Both the position numbers and the translations under genes were made by a program. Positions 62,269 to 64,000 of a DNA stretch of 64,000 bases are shown here, piece by piece. Within the stretch, counting starts at the first letter, position 1. The number at the start of each line of letters is the position of its first letter. The notes below the pieces were generated by a model. The model made no database searches, was not told the origin of the DNA, and saw nothing but the letters and a program-made list of their open reading frames with translations. Origin of the DNA: Hyphochytrium catenoides (lineage: Eukaryota > Protista > Hyphochytriomycota); NCBI GenBank assembly GCA_900088475.1, contig FLMG01002493.1, forward strand, positions 1 through 64,000. Direction: 5' to 3'.

Positions 62269-63309
62269 TGAGAACTAGATTCTTTAAGAACAGCAACAAG
62301 AGCGTGAAGTGGCGCTTCCCTACGATCAGATACTGGGACTTTGCCCCAGTGTTAACTGAATATCCTGTGCTAGACTAGCCTTCGTACTTTTGAAGCTGTT
62401 GGAAGTGAAGCTTCATGACTGACGGTGCTTCTCTGACTTTGAGATGGACACGATGATGACACGTCTGAGGCCTCCTTGCAGCTCTCCTTGCCTTACTGAC
62501 ACTTGGATTTGGGTATCATACCGAATCTAGACCCTCCCAGCCGAATGTAATGTTTGACTCTCTTCTCGGCACTTTCGCTATGCATGACGGTAATGGTCGT
62601 AGCCGAGAATAGTCCGAGGCATACTGATCGAGTTTTTGATGGAAAAGCAGGAGCCCTATCAGGCCATCGGCATCGAAGATCCTCACTTTATACGCTTGCC
62701 ACAGAAGGCGTGCTTCCGTTCCTTCACCCTTCTCCTCTTCAGCATGACAAATATTAAAAAGAGAGACGTCTTACGTATGAAGTCCGCACAGTGGATTGCT
62801 CTCCTCGAGGAGGTCATTCAGAGACTGGCATGTCGTTGGAAGCGCTTGGAAGATTGATGACAGAAGACCAAGCAGACGAGGCTATGATGTCAGCATGATA
62901 CCACAGGGGGACTAATATGCTAAGGGCGCAGGCGACCCTCAAGACGTAACATTGCATAATCTCATATACGTGACAGGTTTCGGTTTGAATCACCAGGGTC
63001 AATCCATGTTGAGGCACCTTTTTCCTTGCAGCGTGGTTTGACGACTTTAGAGACATATGGAGCCTGTTTCTACCCCCATTATCTTCGCTCCACCGCCAGA
63101 GGGCAGAAGCTACGTAGCTCGATGTACCTCTCTTCACTGACTCTCTTGACAGACGGGTCTTCAAGTTCGCGGCAAGCGGCGGGGCTGACGTTTCCTGGTC
63201 TTCGCATAGTCGTAATCAGTCCAAACATCAAAGGAGCGGTTAAGAGAGAGACCCTATCGCGCCGAAGCACTTTGCTTGAGCCCCTATGAAGTCCCATAGA
63301 GTGAGCTTT

Positions 63310-64000
63310 TTATTTGCCCAAGGCTAGACCTGGCAGCATAAACTGTGCCCTATTGACCACATAAAGGCCTCCAGATTCACAGACTCCCATAACCACATCG
63401 TCTGTTGCGTGGGATCCCGAATCCACGCTAAGCACATCAATGCCAGTCCAGCTAGATAGGAAAGGGACCAAAATGACAGCGAGAGCACAAGGACGGAAAA
63501 CGACAGAGTTAGAAGGACGCGGCAGGCGAACTATACTTCTTCCCAATATGATTGGCTATCAACAGAAATCCGGTTCTGACGAACGAAGTGACACAGGCAC
63601 AGTGTAAAGAATCTACTTCTCACCTAGAGTCGCTTCTAAAGCCAAGGCGGTGGTTCTGCTGCAAGAGACTCTGTGACGGCTTGCCACTGTCTCTTTCTCC
63701 TCCCTCTGAGGGCTGTCCGGCCCTTGTTAGAGAAGCGCCACCTTTAAACCGTCCACACATAAGCTCATTGTCTAAGCCAGCAGCATAGCAAACGTTTTCA
63801 TGGGAGGGAGAGGCCAGCAGCGCGACACAGTCATACTTCAACGGACATTTCCACCTATCGGGAGAAGTGTGTTAGGGCCTCGTGAACAGACATGATCGTC
63901 AAGAACGAGATACCGCCATTCAGCCCGCTAGGATGATATAGAAGAAACCATGGCCTTCAAGTGCATAAGGAAGTTACCTGTTTCGCACCCGCCAGGTTCT
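63310..64000 (-). CDS. 3' end of a hypothetical, possibly WD40/beta-propeller protein (runs off the window)
   Basis: Phase-consistent exons give RWKCPLKYDCVALLASPSHENVCYAAGLDNELMCG...LGFRSDSR|WTGIDVL...VMGVCESGGLYVV. TAA at 63310-63312. Confidence 0.55.

Noticed and set aside
62554-63297. Short ORFs between EMC2 and the WD40-like gene
   Set aside because: No motifs or consistent splicing.
1-64000. Genome-wide alternative genetic code (TAR=Gln)
   Set aside because: Conserved genes terminate at TAA/TAG at the expected positions (HisD, AQR, the diflavin reductase), and their long exons contain no in-frame stops.

Overview
This is compact, intron-containing eukaryotic DNA (~50% GC, short GT-AG introns, many (CT)n/(GA)n tracts, one 50-N gap). 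A protist of the stramenopile/SAR type is inferred from gene content, not proven. Spliced genes were reconstructed by hand: RPN5/PSMD12, a rho-like GST, a ZIP9-type zinc transporter, a membrane-anchored diflavin reductase divergent from a membrane-anchored geranylgeranyl-reductase-family flavoprotein, histidinol dehydrogenase, a MORN protein, an intronless Cys-rich putative GPI-anchored protein, an EF-hand/coiled-coil/WW protein, Aquarius (AQR), a WNK/NRBP-like pseudokinase, a ~10 kb OFCC1-like gene, MMAB, EMC2 and a partial WD40-like gene. The most unusual signal lies between the genes. Several 0.4-1.4 kb islands read as decayed coding sequence whose stops sit where Gln (CAA/CAG->TAA/TAG) or Arg (CGA->TGA) would fit. 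An AT-rich ~165-170 bp tandem array shows copies differing largely by transitions. Together these suggest localised C->T hypermutation, either RIP-like or driven by dense CpA/CpG methylation. Exon boundaries and family assignments come from reading the sequence and recalled motifs; no database search was run.
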